Positions 1 to 11,641 are shown, counted from the first letter of the whole stretch. The stretch is DNA of 63,985 nucleotides, filler included, from Stramenopiles sp. TOSAG23-2 (GCA_900128395.1; 3 parts of 3 records of this genome joined end to end with filler, not necessarily neighbours in it), one strand, 5' to 3'. Numbers and translations are program-made. Notes: generated by a model from the letters alone, not told the origin.

Positions 1-385
1 AATTGATAGGAAAAATGGTATACTAGTGGAGCCTAACTTTAAAAAGGTATTTTCAATGTTTTTCCTTTGTTTTCATGTAATGAAATGAAAAATCCAGCAT
101 CACAACGATGAAATATAAGAATTTGGATCATAAATGCTCATTTTAATAAAATTTGATGGAAAATTTGCGAGTTGTAATGGTATACAGGTGTAATGTTACA
201 AATAACGAGGGAAAACTGGAAAACTAATAATTGCACAAGTAATAAAATAAATAAAAATATTCTTAGTTAGTAAATATAAATACAAATCATATCAAATACT
301 CCAAACGCAACTTTTCTTTCATCCAAAGGAATACACAGTCATTAATAAAACAAAATTCAAAGTTACCTGCGAAAATACAAACACC

Positions 386-3300
386 ATGAACCATGTCTTG
401 ACTGCAGAAAACTTGACTGCAGAAGAGAGAACAAAGCTCATGACTTGGCCTTGTACATATGTTGAAAATTTAGAGTTTCGACATTTAGTTGATACCTTTG
501 AATCTGTAGGTGACGAGAGAAAAAAAACACAACAATACGAAAAATTGTTATCCGGTGAGCTTTACAAAATAGTTCGAGATAAGGATGAATCCATTTTTCA
601 ATTGCTGCGTCTCATTATACCAAAGGCAGATCGATCAAGAGGACAATATGGCTTAGCGGTGAAGAAAATAGCAAAACAGTATATCGATGCATTGCATCTT
701 AAAGGAGACGATAGCAACAGACTTGAACACCATGATAATCCAAATTACTTTGAAGGATGTGAGGGAGTTGTTGTTGGAGACTTCTCGAGTGCATTAATGT
801 ATGTATTAAGAAACAGAGTAATTCCTCACAACAGACAAACATCACGATGGACAATTCGTGATGTTAATGAAAAATTAGATCAACTGGAAAAAGTATCGAC
901 AAATAAAGAGTATAATGTTATTTTTTCGGAATTAATACAACATTGTTCAGCAAAAGAAAATAAATGGTTTGTGCGAATTATTCTTCAAGATTTAAAGATA
1001 GGTGTTAAAGAGGATGGACTTTTGAGCTATTTACATGAAGATGCGAAAGATATGTATCATATGTGTCGCGAATTAAGCTTAGTATGTGGGGTATTACGTG
1101 ATCCAAAAAGGAAGTATACGCCTACTTTAATTTTAACATTACCATGTTGTCCAATGCTTGCTGATAAATCACGAACGTGGAAAGATGTTTCGACATGGAT
1201 AAGTAAGTCATTAAATGGTGGTACAAAATTTTGTTTCGAGGAAAAGCTAGATGGACATCGTATGATGTTGCATAAGAAAGGAAACGAAATAAAACTTTTT
1301 TCACGTGCTGGAATAGATCATACGGAGGAGTATGGACAGTTTTTTAAAAAATTTGCAAGGGAAAATATAATGGTTGATGAATGCATTATAGATGGTGAGC
1401 TGATAGCATGGGATAATCGTGCAAAACGTGTAAGCGAATTTAACAGTAATTTGAAAAGTCTATTTGATCACTACTTGAAAAGACCGGGTGCAACAAAGCA
1501 AGCTAATGAGTATACGCGGGATGGAATATTAACAACTGATTATACTGATATGTGGCCATGTTATTCCATTTTTGATATTCTATATGTAGGATCAGCTATA
1601 GGAGGGGGCAGTAATGGGAGCAGCAATGGCACCACCACTACCACTACCACCACAACAAGAGCAACTACTACATCTTCCAACTCCTTCAATACAAATAATG
1701 TTTCAGGTGGTAATCTACTAGCACATACGTTAACGGAAAGAAAAAAAATATTGAAAAGAGTTATTAAACCTGTATTGAATTTATTTTATTTAACGCCATT
1801 TACAATTTTGGAAAAATCACATAATAAAACCCCGAAGAAATTGACAGAGCAATTGAAAGATGAACTAGACAAAATAGTCGAATTAAGAAAGGAAGGGTTA
1901 ATGCTTAAAGCAATGGATACGCCGTATATGCTTGGAGAACGTAGTCGCAATACAAAACATTGGGTTAAATTGAAGCCTGAATATCTTGATACACTAGCTG
2001 GTTATTTAGATTTAATAGTTCTTGGTGGATATTACTCATCATCTTCGCGTAAAAATGGACGGCAAGGTTTAATTTCCCATTTTTTGCTAGGTGTAAAAGA
2101 CGATACAGTTAATGAAGATACTCCAGATAGTGATTTGAAATTTCACACCTTGTGCAAAGTTGGCACTGGATACGACTTTCACCAAGTTAGGGATATGAAT
2201 AAGCACTTGATGGAGCAATCACCAGCAATACACCATTTCCATGAAAAAAATACAAAAGCAGCTTTGCCAAGGCATTTTATGGGTTGGAAACCTAAGAAAA
2301 GGGACGATGTTCCTGATGTATGGTTTGACCCCAAAGAATCAATTGTATTTGAAATACTAGGTGCTGAATTTCAAAACACAGAACAATTCAAAGCAGGGGT
2401 GACGGTACGATTTCCTCGTGTTAGAGAGATTCGTGATGATAAAAATTGGTTTGATATTATGTCAATTTCAGAAGTAAAAGCTAAAAAATTGCAATTGGCT
2501 AGTACAAGTAACAGACGCCGCAGTAATCGAAATGATATGGATGGTGATAGCAATAGCGACTATAATCATCGTAGAAAAAAAATAAAAACGAATTCATTGT
2601 ACTCTTTAACAGACACGTCTCAAATTGTGCCTGAAAATGAAATATTAAAAGGCTACACATTTTGCGTAATGGTTTCCCAAACAGTTGCAGAACGAAAAGG
2701 AGATATTGCTAAACGTATCCGGTTATTGGGTGGAACTCTTCAAGCAAATCCACCGAGTACAGGCTGTTGCCCGGTTAATTTTTTTATTGTCACACCAAAA
2801 ATGGAAGGGGATAAATTGAATAATATTCAAAAAAAAGGACAATGCGATATTTTAAGCGAACTTTGGTTAAACGAAGTTGAATCCCAAAAAAAATTTATAC
2901 CTCCATATGATAAAGACGAATATTTTTTTGCAATGCGTGGAGATAAGCGAATCGAATATATGGATAAATATGGCGATATGTATTACAGGGAAACAGATGT
3001 TAAATCATTGAAAAATTTGTTTGAGAGAATGGACAGAAGAAAAAGTAAAAGCAACCGTGGCATTCATAATCAAAATGAAATGGTTGTGGAGGATGACAAT
3101 AGTCGACTTCTATCTGCTACTGCTTGGAGAAATTTTTTCAAAACTGTTAACAACGATGATGACGGTAGTGTCGCAGATTTGTTACTAAACAACAATGAAT
3201 CTGTATTTCAATCAATGATATTTGCTAAATTAGTATTTTATCTTGAAATGGATACTACGAATGAAAATAACAGTGTATCATATACTTCGTTACCATTTCA

Positions 3301-3538
3301 AATACGTATGTATGGTGGCACAATAGTCGAGTCTATTAACAATTCAAAAATAACACACGTAGTAAAATGTCATAATAATGATTCAATAAGACATGCTATT
3401 CGTTTGGATGATGTAAATGGTAGTAGTGATGACGATGAGGAAAATGATAATAATAATATGCAATTTCGCCAATATGTAAATGTCGATTGGGTAAAGAAAT
3501 GTATATCAGAGAAAATGTTAGTTTCTACTTTGTTATAA
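386..3538 (+). CDS. LIG4: DNA ligase IV (NHEJ ATP-dependent ligase with C-terminal BRCT domains)
   Basis: 1050 aa; motif I EEKLDGHR, DGEL, EGLMLK, WVKLKPEY, LDLIVLGGYY, CKVGTG, VRFPRV; two BRCT-like segments at the C-terminus (..WLNEV.., ..VDWVKKCI). Confidence 0.95.
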   Translation: MNHVLTAENLTAEERTKLMTWPCTYVENLEFRHLVDTFESVGDERKKTQQYEKLLSGELYKIVRDKDESIFQLLRLIIPKADRSRGQYGLAVKKIAKQYIDALHLKGDDSNRLEHHDNPNYFEGCEGVVVGDFSSALMYVLRNRVIPHNRQTSRWTIRDVNEKLDQLEKVSTNKEYNVIFSELIQHCSAKENKWFVRIILQDLKIGVKEDGLLSYLHEDAKDMYHMCRELSLVCGVLRDPKRKYTPTLILTLPCCPMLADKSRTWKDVSTWISKSLNGGTKFCFEEKLDGHRMMLHKKGNEIKLFSRAGIDHTEEYGQFFKKFARENIMVDECIIDGELIAWDNRAKRVSEFNSNLKSLFDHYLKRPGATKQANEYTRDGILTTDYTDMWPCYSIFDILYVGSAIGGGSNGSSNGTTTTTTTTTRATTTSSNSFNTNNVSGGNLLAHTLTERKKILKRVIKPVLNLFYLTPFTILEKSHNKTPKKLTEQLKDELDKIVELRKEGLMLKAMDTPYMLGERSRNTKHWVKLKPEYLDTLAGYLDLIVLGGYYSSSSRKNGRQGLISHFLLGVKDDTVNEDTPDSDLKFHTLCKVGTGYDFHQVRDMNKHLMEQSPAIHHFHEKNTKAALPRHFMGWKPKKRDDVPDVWFDPKESIVFEILGAEFQNTEQFKAGVTVRFPRVREIRDDKNWFDIMSISEVKAKKLQLASTSNRRRSNRNDMDGDSNSDYNHRRKKIKTNSLYSLTDTSQIVPENEILKGYTFCVMVSQTVAERKGDIAKRIRLLGGTLQANPPSTGCCPVNFFIVTPKMEGDKLNNIQKKGQCDILSELWLNEVESQKKFIPPYDKDEYFFAMRGDKRIEYMDKYGDMYYRETDVKSLKNLFERMDRRKSKSNRGIHNQNEMVVEDDNSRLLSATAWRNFFKTVNNDDDGSVADLLLNNNESVFQSMIFAKLVFYLEMDTTNENNSVSYTSLPFQIRMYGGTIVESINNSKITHVVKCHNNDSIRHAIRLDDVNGSSDDDEENDNNNMQFRQYVNVDWVKKCISEKMLVSTLL

Positions 3539-4897
3539 AACGAAAAGAAGTGGTTGGTGCGTTTGTGTGTATTGTGTAGTGTGTGTATTTGTGTTTAATC
3601 TGTAAAAATATATTATATATATTTTTATAGGATACCTTATTGTGTGTCTATTGGCGAATGGCTAATCCAGGTAATCATAGAACTATTTTATCATATTTTG
3701 TCTAATTTCTATCTGTTAAAAGAAAACAATGTGCGCACAATGGTGTGTCCGTGCTATACGGAACGATATGGATACTAATAAACGATTCATCAAAAAAGAT
3801 AAGTTGAATGATATATATAATATACACAATTACACATACGTAATAAATTATGATAGTGTATAATAATACACATGCAAGACATAATCTTACACCTCTTACA
3901 TATAACATATATTATATATGTGTACATATATAATATATATAAATCAGTTTTAATGCTAAACATACAATAATTACATTTTTATCAAAGTTTTACATTTAAT
4001 TTATATATATATATACGCCCACCGAAAATATAGTTTATGCAATTATGGTTGTCGAACTAATTATTTATACAACCACCATGCTACAGCACTATTTTCATGT
4101 TCCTATCAGGGTTTTCCTGAGCTCTATTAATAGCAAAGAATAGCTCTATGTACTTTAGTCGGAACACTAAAGGTGTAGCACACTGCTGGCACAATGGCAC
4201 ACCAGCACACGACGCTCAACAAAGAAGAAGAAAAGCATCATGCGGGCATGCCTGGGCTACACTATATGGACTTGGCAGGAAAAATTTAAAAAAAACAACC
4301 AATTTTTGAGCGAGAAAAGGGCCGAAAAGTGAAGAGCAAATCTACAAGATCCTTATTTTGATGAAATGAATTAAACGAATTTAAATTAATCAATATTATT
4401 TTATTAAGGTAAATGATATTCATCAGTTTCTTTCCTCAGTGCTATTCCCCTGTAAAATAATTTTCCAGAATCTGCCAAGTATATACCGTACCTTCGCTTC
4501 GCTCAATTTTTGTACTTGTACATAAACTGAGCGTGGCCGTAGAAGGTACGCCCTATCATGGGTTTAGTCCAGGCCGTATATGCCTGGGCATGCACTCATC
4601 ATCATCATCATTTTTTTTTTTTTCAGTTTTGATTGATGATTAGCACCATTTCCTTGGGAAGACTCTGCGCTTGCCAGAGTACCATTACAGTATGTGCGTA
4701 TTATATTATTATTATTACATATTTATTTTTAATAAATCTAAATTAAAATAAATACAGTAATAATATCAAAAGGAACAGAAAGTAAATATTATTTTATATG
4801 TACACTTTACAAATAATAATATATATCAAAAGGAACAGAAAGAAAATATTATTTTATATGTACAAGAATATTAATACATATATAAAATAGAAACAAT

Positions 4898-7447
4898 ATG
4901 TCACATTGGAGAAATCGACAACCAATATCTGCACCTACCTATGATGATGCAGTTCCACCACCTGGTTATATTCCTGGATACGGTCGTGGTGCAGTTGGTT
5001 TTGGTACACGCGCTTCATCTGGTGTCGTGCCAGGATATCAATATACAAAAGAAGACGACGAGGCAGATGCTATTTTTAATCAGATTGATGCACGAATGAA
5101 AAACAGAAAAAGAAAAAAGAAAAAAGATGATGATATTGAATCGAAGAAAAAACAACAAAAAACAAATGATAAACCAAATGTACATGACCAATTTAAAGAT
5201 TTAAAAGCTGAAATGTCAACTGTCAGTTGGGACGAATGGGATGCGATTCCTGATATTGGTGACACCACAGTAAAACATCACAAACCAGAACGATTTATGC
5301 CTGTTCCAGAAAAATTGATTCTAGAAAAAGTTGCTGATAATAAGCCTGTATTATCTGGTGTACATGGTTTATGGGATGTACGTGGACAAATGTTAGAAAA
5401 TAAGTTAGATAATGTGAATAATAATAACAACAGCGACAACAACAATAATAATGGTGGCATTAATGCAGATAATTATTTAAATGATTTAGACAAATCATTA
5501 TCACGCAATGTAGGAGATATTAAAAAAGCAAGACAATTATTCACATCCGTACGACAAAGTAATCCATCATATGCAGCTGGTTGGGTTGCTGCTGCACGTT
5601 TGGAAGAATCTGCAGGTAAAATAATGATGGCAAAACAAATTATGCAAGATGCATGTTTGCAATGTCCAAAACATGAAGATATATGGATAGAAGCAGCACG
5701 TTTAGATCAAAAACATAATGCCAAAGTTATATTAGCTAGAGGAGTAAAGCATGTGCCTTTAAGTGAAACATTATGGTTAAAAGCGCATGAGTTGGAGGAT
5801 AATCTAGAACAAAAGAAAACCGTGTTAAGAAAAGGATTGGAAAATATACCTAAATCAGAAAAACTATGGAAAGCATTAGTAGCATTGGAAGATAACATAC
5901 GTGATTGTAAAATTATATTAAATAGTGCAGTTGAATGTGTGCCAAAATCAGTTGATTTATGGATTCATTTAGCATCATTATCAGAATTTGAAAGAGCACG
6001 AAAAGTTTTAAACAAAGCAAGATCCAATCTACCGCATGAAATTCAAATATATATTAGTGCAGCTCATTTAGAGGAAAAACATAATAATTTTGAACGTGTC
6101 GAAAAAATTATACGAAAAGCATATAAAACAATTAAAAAATTATCTTCATCGGAAAGTAGTATGATAAATAAAATTGAAATGGATTTGACAAAATGGTTAA
6201 AATTAGCTGAAAGTAGTGAGAAAGAACACGATAAACCAATTACCGCAGGATCAATTATACGAGCAAGTGTAGGTGACATCAATAATAATAAAGTGGAAAC
6301 ACCAGTTGATGGTGGTGGTGATGGTAACAAAGATGACCAAACGACATACAATTGGTTGGAAATGGTTGATTCATTTATTAATAATAATGCTCCAAAATGT
6401 GGAAAGGCATTACTTGGATTTATCTTGGCTAGAAAAGATAATGCGAGCGATGATATGTGGGTTAAAGCTGCTGAGATGGAAGATAATGTAGACAAGAAGA
6501 AGAAGTTATTAATTAAGAAATTGACTGGATCCCCAAATTCAACTTTACTATGGAATAAATTAATTGAATATGAACAAATAGATAATAACGATCATAGTAG
6601 TAATAAAAACGAAGTCAACGATTTATTATTAAGTACATTATTACAGGCAAATAGTAATAATTTAACAAATGTTGATGAATTATGGTTATTAGCAATTGAT
6701 TTAGCAATGTCTCGAAACGAATCGATGACAAAAATTAATGAATTATATTTAAAAGCGAAAATAGCAATACCTCGAAATCAAGATTTATATGTCAATGTAG
6801 CATTATATACTCATAAATCAAACAAAGGGAATAATATTGAAAAAGCCCGCCAGATATTAGAAGAAGGACGTGAAATTACTGGTGAAAATGGTGGTAAATT
6901 ATGGGTAACTTCTGTTTCATTAGAGGCCAATACGAGTAACAATGAACAAACGATACAAACGTTATGCCAAAAGGGCATTAAACGATGTCCAGAAACACCG
7001 GAATTATATTTAACTTTATCAAAATTGGAAGCAAAAATTTCAATTGCAAAAGCACGTTCTACGTTGGAATCTGGTCGTATTAAATGTCCTCGATCAGATC
7101 AATTATGGTTAGCAGCTGTAACTCTTGAACGTAATGCTGGAAATGATAATTTAGCAAAGAATTTAATGGCAAAAGCACTTCAAGCATGTCCAAAATCTGG
7201 TATGCTACATGCTGATGAGATTATAAGTGCACCTAAAGTTCTTCGAAAAGCAAAAGCATTTGAGGCATTAAAACGTTGTGATAATGATAAATATGTAATG
7301 ATTGCTGTTGCTAAAATGTTTTTTGATAATTTAATGTACGCAAAAGCTAGAAAATGGTTAGATCGTGTTGTTGCTATTGATCCAATCATGATGGAGGGTG
7401 GATTAGCGAAGGAATTGAATGATCAGTTAGAAGAGAAAAAGTTTTAA
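4898..7447 (+). CDS. PRP6: Pre-mRNA splicing factor PRP6 (U5 snRNP HAT/TPR protein)
   Basis: N-terminal PPPGYIPGYGRGAVGF, EDDEADAIF, EWDAIPDIGD, DIKKARQL..SV..SNP...GWVAAARLEE, followed by HAT repeats. Confidence 0.95.
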   Translation: MSHWRNRQPISAPTYDDAVPPPGYIPGYGRGAVGFGTRASSGVVPGYQYTKEDDEADAIFNQIDARMKNRKRKKKKDDDIESKKKQQKTNDKPNVHDQFKDLKAEMSTVSWDEWDAIPDIGDTTVKHHKPERFMPVPEKLILEKVADNKPVLSGVHGLWDVRGQMLENKLDNVNNNNNSDNNNNNGGINADNYLNDLDKSLSRNVGDIKKARQLFTSVRQSNPSYAAGWVAAARLEESAGKIMMAKQIMQDACLQCPKHEDIWIEAARLDQKHNAKVILARGVKHVPLSETLWLKAHELEDNLEQKKTVLRKGLENIPKSEKLWKALVALEDNIRDCKIILNSAVECVPKSVDLWIHLASLSEFERARKVLNKARSNLPHEIQIYISAAHLEEKHNNFERVEKIIRKAYKTIKKLSSSESSMINKIEMDLTKWLKLAESSEKEHDKPITAGSIIRASVGDINNNKVETPVDGGGDGNKDDQTTYNWLEMVDSFINNNAPKCGKALLGFILARKDNASDDMWVKAAEMEDNVDKKKKLLIKKLTGSPNSTLLWNKLIEYEQIDNNDHSSNKNEVNDLLLSTLLQANSNNLTNVDELWLLAIDLAMSRNESMTKINELYLKAKIAIPRNQDLYVNVALYTHKSNKGNNIEKARQILEEGREITGENGGKLWVTSVSLEANTSNNEQTIQTLCQKGIKRCPETPELYLTLSKLEAKISIAKARSTLESGRIKCPRSDQLWLAAVTLERNAGNDNLAKNLMAKALQACPKSGMLHADEIISAPKVLRKAKAFEALKRCDNDKYVMIAVAKMFFDNLMYAKARKWLDRVVAIDPIMMEGGLAKELNDQLEEKKF

Positions 7448-7484
7448 AATTTTTTTAATATTTTATATACTTCGTACAAGCTCG

Positions 7485-7516
<32 letters not shown>

Positions 7517-7634
7517 TTATTTTAGTCGTCAATTAATTTATTTTTTTTATACGAGTCGTATTTTACGTACCTATAGTACACAACTTCGTAATTAATACAT
7601 ATCTCAAAACACATCAGCATAGAATTTTAGGATC

Positions 7635-8003
7635 TATGCCACTTTTAATGTAACACCTGGGTTTGCAATTTTGTCAATAACGCCATTTTCATAATACATA
7701 ACAACTCGTTTAAGTATACGTTCATATGCTTTTAATGTTAGCAAACGTTAACGTTTCGCCTTTACCAGTATTGTCTTTTTTGCATTGCTTGTCCAAGTAT
7801 TTTGGCGTGAATGGCAATTTCATACTACCTATGATGGTTATGATTTGTGATGCCCAAAGATGAAAGAACTCACTTTGAAAATATTTGTATGTATATGTAC
7901 TAGAATCAAATCATGAGTTATCTTTTGAATGTTCACACAATGCATCGTAGTAAAGACGTAATGCATCCATATCAGCTTGAAAATTACTACCATCGACTGA
8001 CAT
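7635..8003 (-). pseudogene. Degraded coding-like relic of unknown family
   Basis: Minus strand reads MSVDGSNFQADMDALRLYYDALCEHSKDNS*FDSS...GETLT/LTLKAYERILKRVVMYYENGVIDKIANPGVTLKVA*, with one in-frame stop and one frameshift; composition is coding-like compared with the flanks. Confidence 0.35.
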
Positions 8004-8007
8004 GGTA

Positions 8008-9721
8008 TTAAAAATCATCATCACTATATGCATTATAATCTGTATCAAACCCTACATCATCAACAGAACTTAACAATGAAAGTCGTCCAAGTGAAGGAAA
8101 TCGATCCAATTTTGGTGAATCACTCATATTGTTATTATTTACCATTTCATTAGGTACTAATACTGCTTCTTCTTGTGTTGAACATCGTCGCCCATCATCA
8201 TATAATTTTCCACATATTTCTTCGCCATAATATTCAACAATACATAAATTAGGTTTTGCTTTAACCACTTTCTTTGCCCATTTATCATCACAACTGTTAA
8301 CCCATGCCATACGAATATGTTTTAATGCATCTAATTGCAATATCGAGGTCTCGATCTCTATTACATTGCTAGATTTGCAACCTTCCATACTTAGGATACA
8401 TAATTTTTTGCAAAATTCCAATATCACTGTGATCGATTCATTTGTACATTTCGACCATGCTATATCTAAACTAGTTAAAGTTTTAAAATGGTTTTTTGCC
8501 AATGCTATAATCGCATTGTCTTGTACGTTATTGCATCTTGATATATTAACTTGTTGGAGATTATGGCAATTTGATGCTAGTGCTAAAATGACATCATTGG
8601 TAACATATTCACATGCACGAGTTTTAAAAGACAGTAAATTTGGACATTTCTTAATAAAATTGATTAACGTTTTTGTATTGCAATCTTCGCACCAACTTAA
8701 ATCTAATTTTTTCAATGGTAAAACATCATTCATATTTTCATATGGTAATAATGATAAATTAAATTCCGTATCTCCCATCTTTATTATTTCTAATGAATTT
8801 ATGTTATTTGATATTATTTGGTTAATTTGTGCAGCAGAAACACCACGTACTTGCTTCATGTTAATTTCCTTTAATTCTCTTTGATCTTGTTTATCCATTC
8901 CAAGTTGTATGTATGGTGACAATTCAATTTTTACATTGCCTTTGATATTGATTGATTTTAAATGTACACAATCTTGCATCACTTTCTGAAATGTTTGCCA
9001 TGTTATATTTTCAACGTAGGATAATTTAATGGAATTTAATTGTTTACAATGTTCCAATAATGCTAAAGTTCCAATATCACTAAGAGTTTCACATCTTGAT
9101 AAATCAATGCTTAATAAATTCGGACACGATTGTGCAATAACCTATATATATCGTGGGTAAATTTATATGTCTACATGGTTAGTGTAAAAATTAATGACAA
9201 AAAAGTGGTAGGGTGATTCGACTTACAAACATTGTTTGATCTGTATTTTCGTATTTATAACCAGATATATTAATATGTTTTAATGTAGATAAGCCTTGTA
9301 AATAACTTGATAAAGAGTCTTTCCAACGTTTGCATTTTAATTCTTTTAAATTTATTAAGTAGTTATTGTTTTTTTCATTATTATTATTGCAGGTGCTTTT
9401 GTTATTGTCATTATTTATTTCTTGTTTTCTTTTACATTTTTTTAATATATTCGACCATACCATTTTATTGTTGATATTGCCATTATCTACCAAATCAAGT
9501 GAAACTTCAATATCAGTATTTACTACTAATTGTTCAAGTATTGGTTGATGATATGGTTCTGGTGAAATGGATATACTATTTTGTAAATAAAATACTAATT
9601 TTTTTTTAATTGATAATGCTAAAGTGGATAAATGAGGTACATGTTCCGAAACAAGATTTAATACCAATAAAGCTGCATATTGTTTTGCGGCTAACCATTC
9701 TAATGATTGTATTTTTTCCAT
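8008..9721 (-). CDS. Cysteine-containing leucine-rich repeat protein (FBXL/AMN1-like), 2 exons (9227-9721, 8008-9141)
   Basis: LRR_CC repeats (LDLSWCEDC, INISRCNNV, LDIAWS); GTAAGT...TAG intron at 9142-9226 with CTAAC branch point joins the two ORFs in frame (..DQTMF|VIAQSCPNLLSIDLSRC..). Confidence 0.85.
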
Positions 9722-9760
9722 TGCAAATGATTTGTATTTGTATTTGATGGTTTGATATGA

Positions 9761-9799
<39 letters not shown>

Positions 9800-10053
9800 T
9801 ATGTATATGATGAAAGAAATGATCTATGTTCCTTTTCCACTACTATGTTATATATTTCTTGTTTTTTAGTTGCATCAATTTTGAATTTGTCTGTCAACCA
9901 TTATTATATTATTACTTACTACCTGAGTTAGAGAGTAACCTGTTTATTATGTTGTTGAAAAAGAACATATTATATAGAAATTCTTAAAAAAAGTAAGAAA
10001 AATTAACAGATACCAACATTCCTTTTCTCCTTTTATAATTAATATAACAAAAG

Positions 10054-11061
10054 ATGAAATATTGTAATTATTGTATGATTCTTATGACAATCATATCGAT
10101 TGTAATAATAAAAGTAGTACATGCGGCACATGGTGATAATATGTTATGTGAAGGATGTGGTGCGGTAATGGAACATGTATATCATGATGTTTTGAAATAT
10201 GCAGAGGAACGTGGAAAATCAATAGACATGACACAAGGTGAAACGGTGACGGTAGATTTCACTGAACGAGTGAAAAAGATATGCGACCAAAAAGAATTTA
10301 CAACTGAATATAATCGAAATGTTCGCAGTGCATGTTGGGAAATGTGTCATAAATTTCCTAATGTTATATCAAATGTATTTGGTGGGGATGAGCCGAATGA
10401 ACGTTCAATTTATCCAAAAACATACAAAGCATGTGTTGAAATTTTAGATTATTGCGATAAAATTGATGAGAATTATGTTGATAAATTAATAGGATCATCT
10501 ACAAAAAAGTCATCCATGGGAAAGAAACTGTCCACTTCAGCGATTAAATGCAATCGTTGCAGAACTGTCGTATCAGATATTGTACATGTTGTTAATCGAA
10601 AAAGTTCTTGGGATTTTTTTCGTACAAAAGAACATATATATTCTGTATTAGATTCAATATGTAATGGAATTGTATATCGATATCCTGAATCATTGACCAA
10701 TATTTTAAGTGAAATGTGTTCAGATATCATTGAAAGTTATGAACATGAAATTGCACAAGTTTTAATTGATCGTATTGATGATGCAAATGATTTAATTTGT
10801 GGTAAAGAAATAAGTAATTTTTGTCCTTCTTCCACAAATGGTAATGTAAAGAAGAAAAATAAACCAAAGGATCCTAATTTAATATGGGAATCTCCATTTC
10901 ATCGTATTCCATTGGCAGATTTCATGGGTAATTTTGATCCATTTCAAGGAGAGGAGGAGGAGGAAGAAGAGGAGACAAGTGATGACGACGCGGATGAAGT
11001 AAATGTAATGAATGAAGAAGAACAACAATCAGAAGCAGCACATGATGTAATTGAATTGTAA
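10054..11061 (+). CDS. Secreted/ER protein with two saposin-like (Canopy/DUF3456-like) domains and an acidic tail
   Basis: Signal peptide; two CxxC...C...C...C modules (LCEGC.., KCNRC..); acidic C-terminus ending HDVIEL. Confidence 0.6.
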   Translation: MKYCNYCMILMTIISIVIIKVVHAAHGDNMLCEGCGAVMEHVYHDVLKYAEERGKSIDMTQGETVTVDFTERVKKICDQKEFTTEYNRNVRSACWEMCHKFPNVISNVFGGDEPNERSIYPKTYKACVEILDYCDKIDENYVDKLIGSSTKKSSMGKKLSTSAIKCNRCRTVVSDIVHVVNRKSSWDFFRTKEHIYSVLDSICNGIVYRYPESLTNILSEMCSDIIESYEHEIAQVLIDRIDDANDLICGKEISNFCPSSTNGNVKKKNKPKDPNLIWESPFHRIPLADFMGNFDPFQGEEEEEEEETSDDDADEVNVMNEEEQQSEAAHDVIEL

Positions 11062-11641
11062 AAATTATTTGCGCACATGCTAAAATAATAGTCTATATAT
11101 ATATATAATGGTATGATAGATGTGTATAACGGCTGTATTTGATACGAGTATAAAATAAAATATATTTATTTTAAAATAAAATATAAAATGTGATGTAACT
11201 AAATTGAAATAAAAAATATGAATAATACACGAGACAAATGTTTAAAAATAAAATATATTTTATATACGTACGCCCTTCGTATATATACACGTAATATAAA
11301 ATATACGGTGTGTAAAATAAAATATATATGCCCCACGCGCGTAAATATTATCATATACACGAATATTTTAAATATTAACGCACGTACACACACACTCCCT
11401 TTTAAATTTCTTACATCATATGTGATATCTCAATAGTTTTTTTATTTCTCCCTCGTATCTCCATATTTGCATGTTTTTATTTTTAAATTGATATACATCA
11501 TACATTTCTAATATTTATGCCGCAATATGTGCAAAATACACATCATATATATATATATATACACACACATATCATACACAATGTCACAATGTACATTTAT
11601 ATATTTAAATTATATTATAATGATACTTGTCTATCATTCAT

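Noticed and set aside
3630..3810. Coding-like patch downstream of LIG4
   Set aside because: Stops in all frames and no motif I can assign confidently.
4270..4480. Possible MITE bounded by ACTTGGCAG...CTGCCAAGT
   Set aside because: Only a 9-bp inverted match and no convincing TSD; cannot be supported without other copies.
8366..8884. Long antisense ORFs (also 6064-6495, 12165-12554, 19328-19909, 20562-21011, 56169-56561)
   Set aside because: Shadows of well-supported genes on the opposite strand, with low-complexity Leu/Ser/Phe-rich translations.
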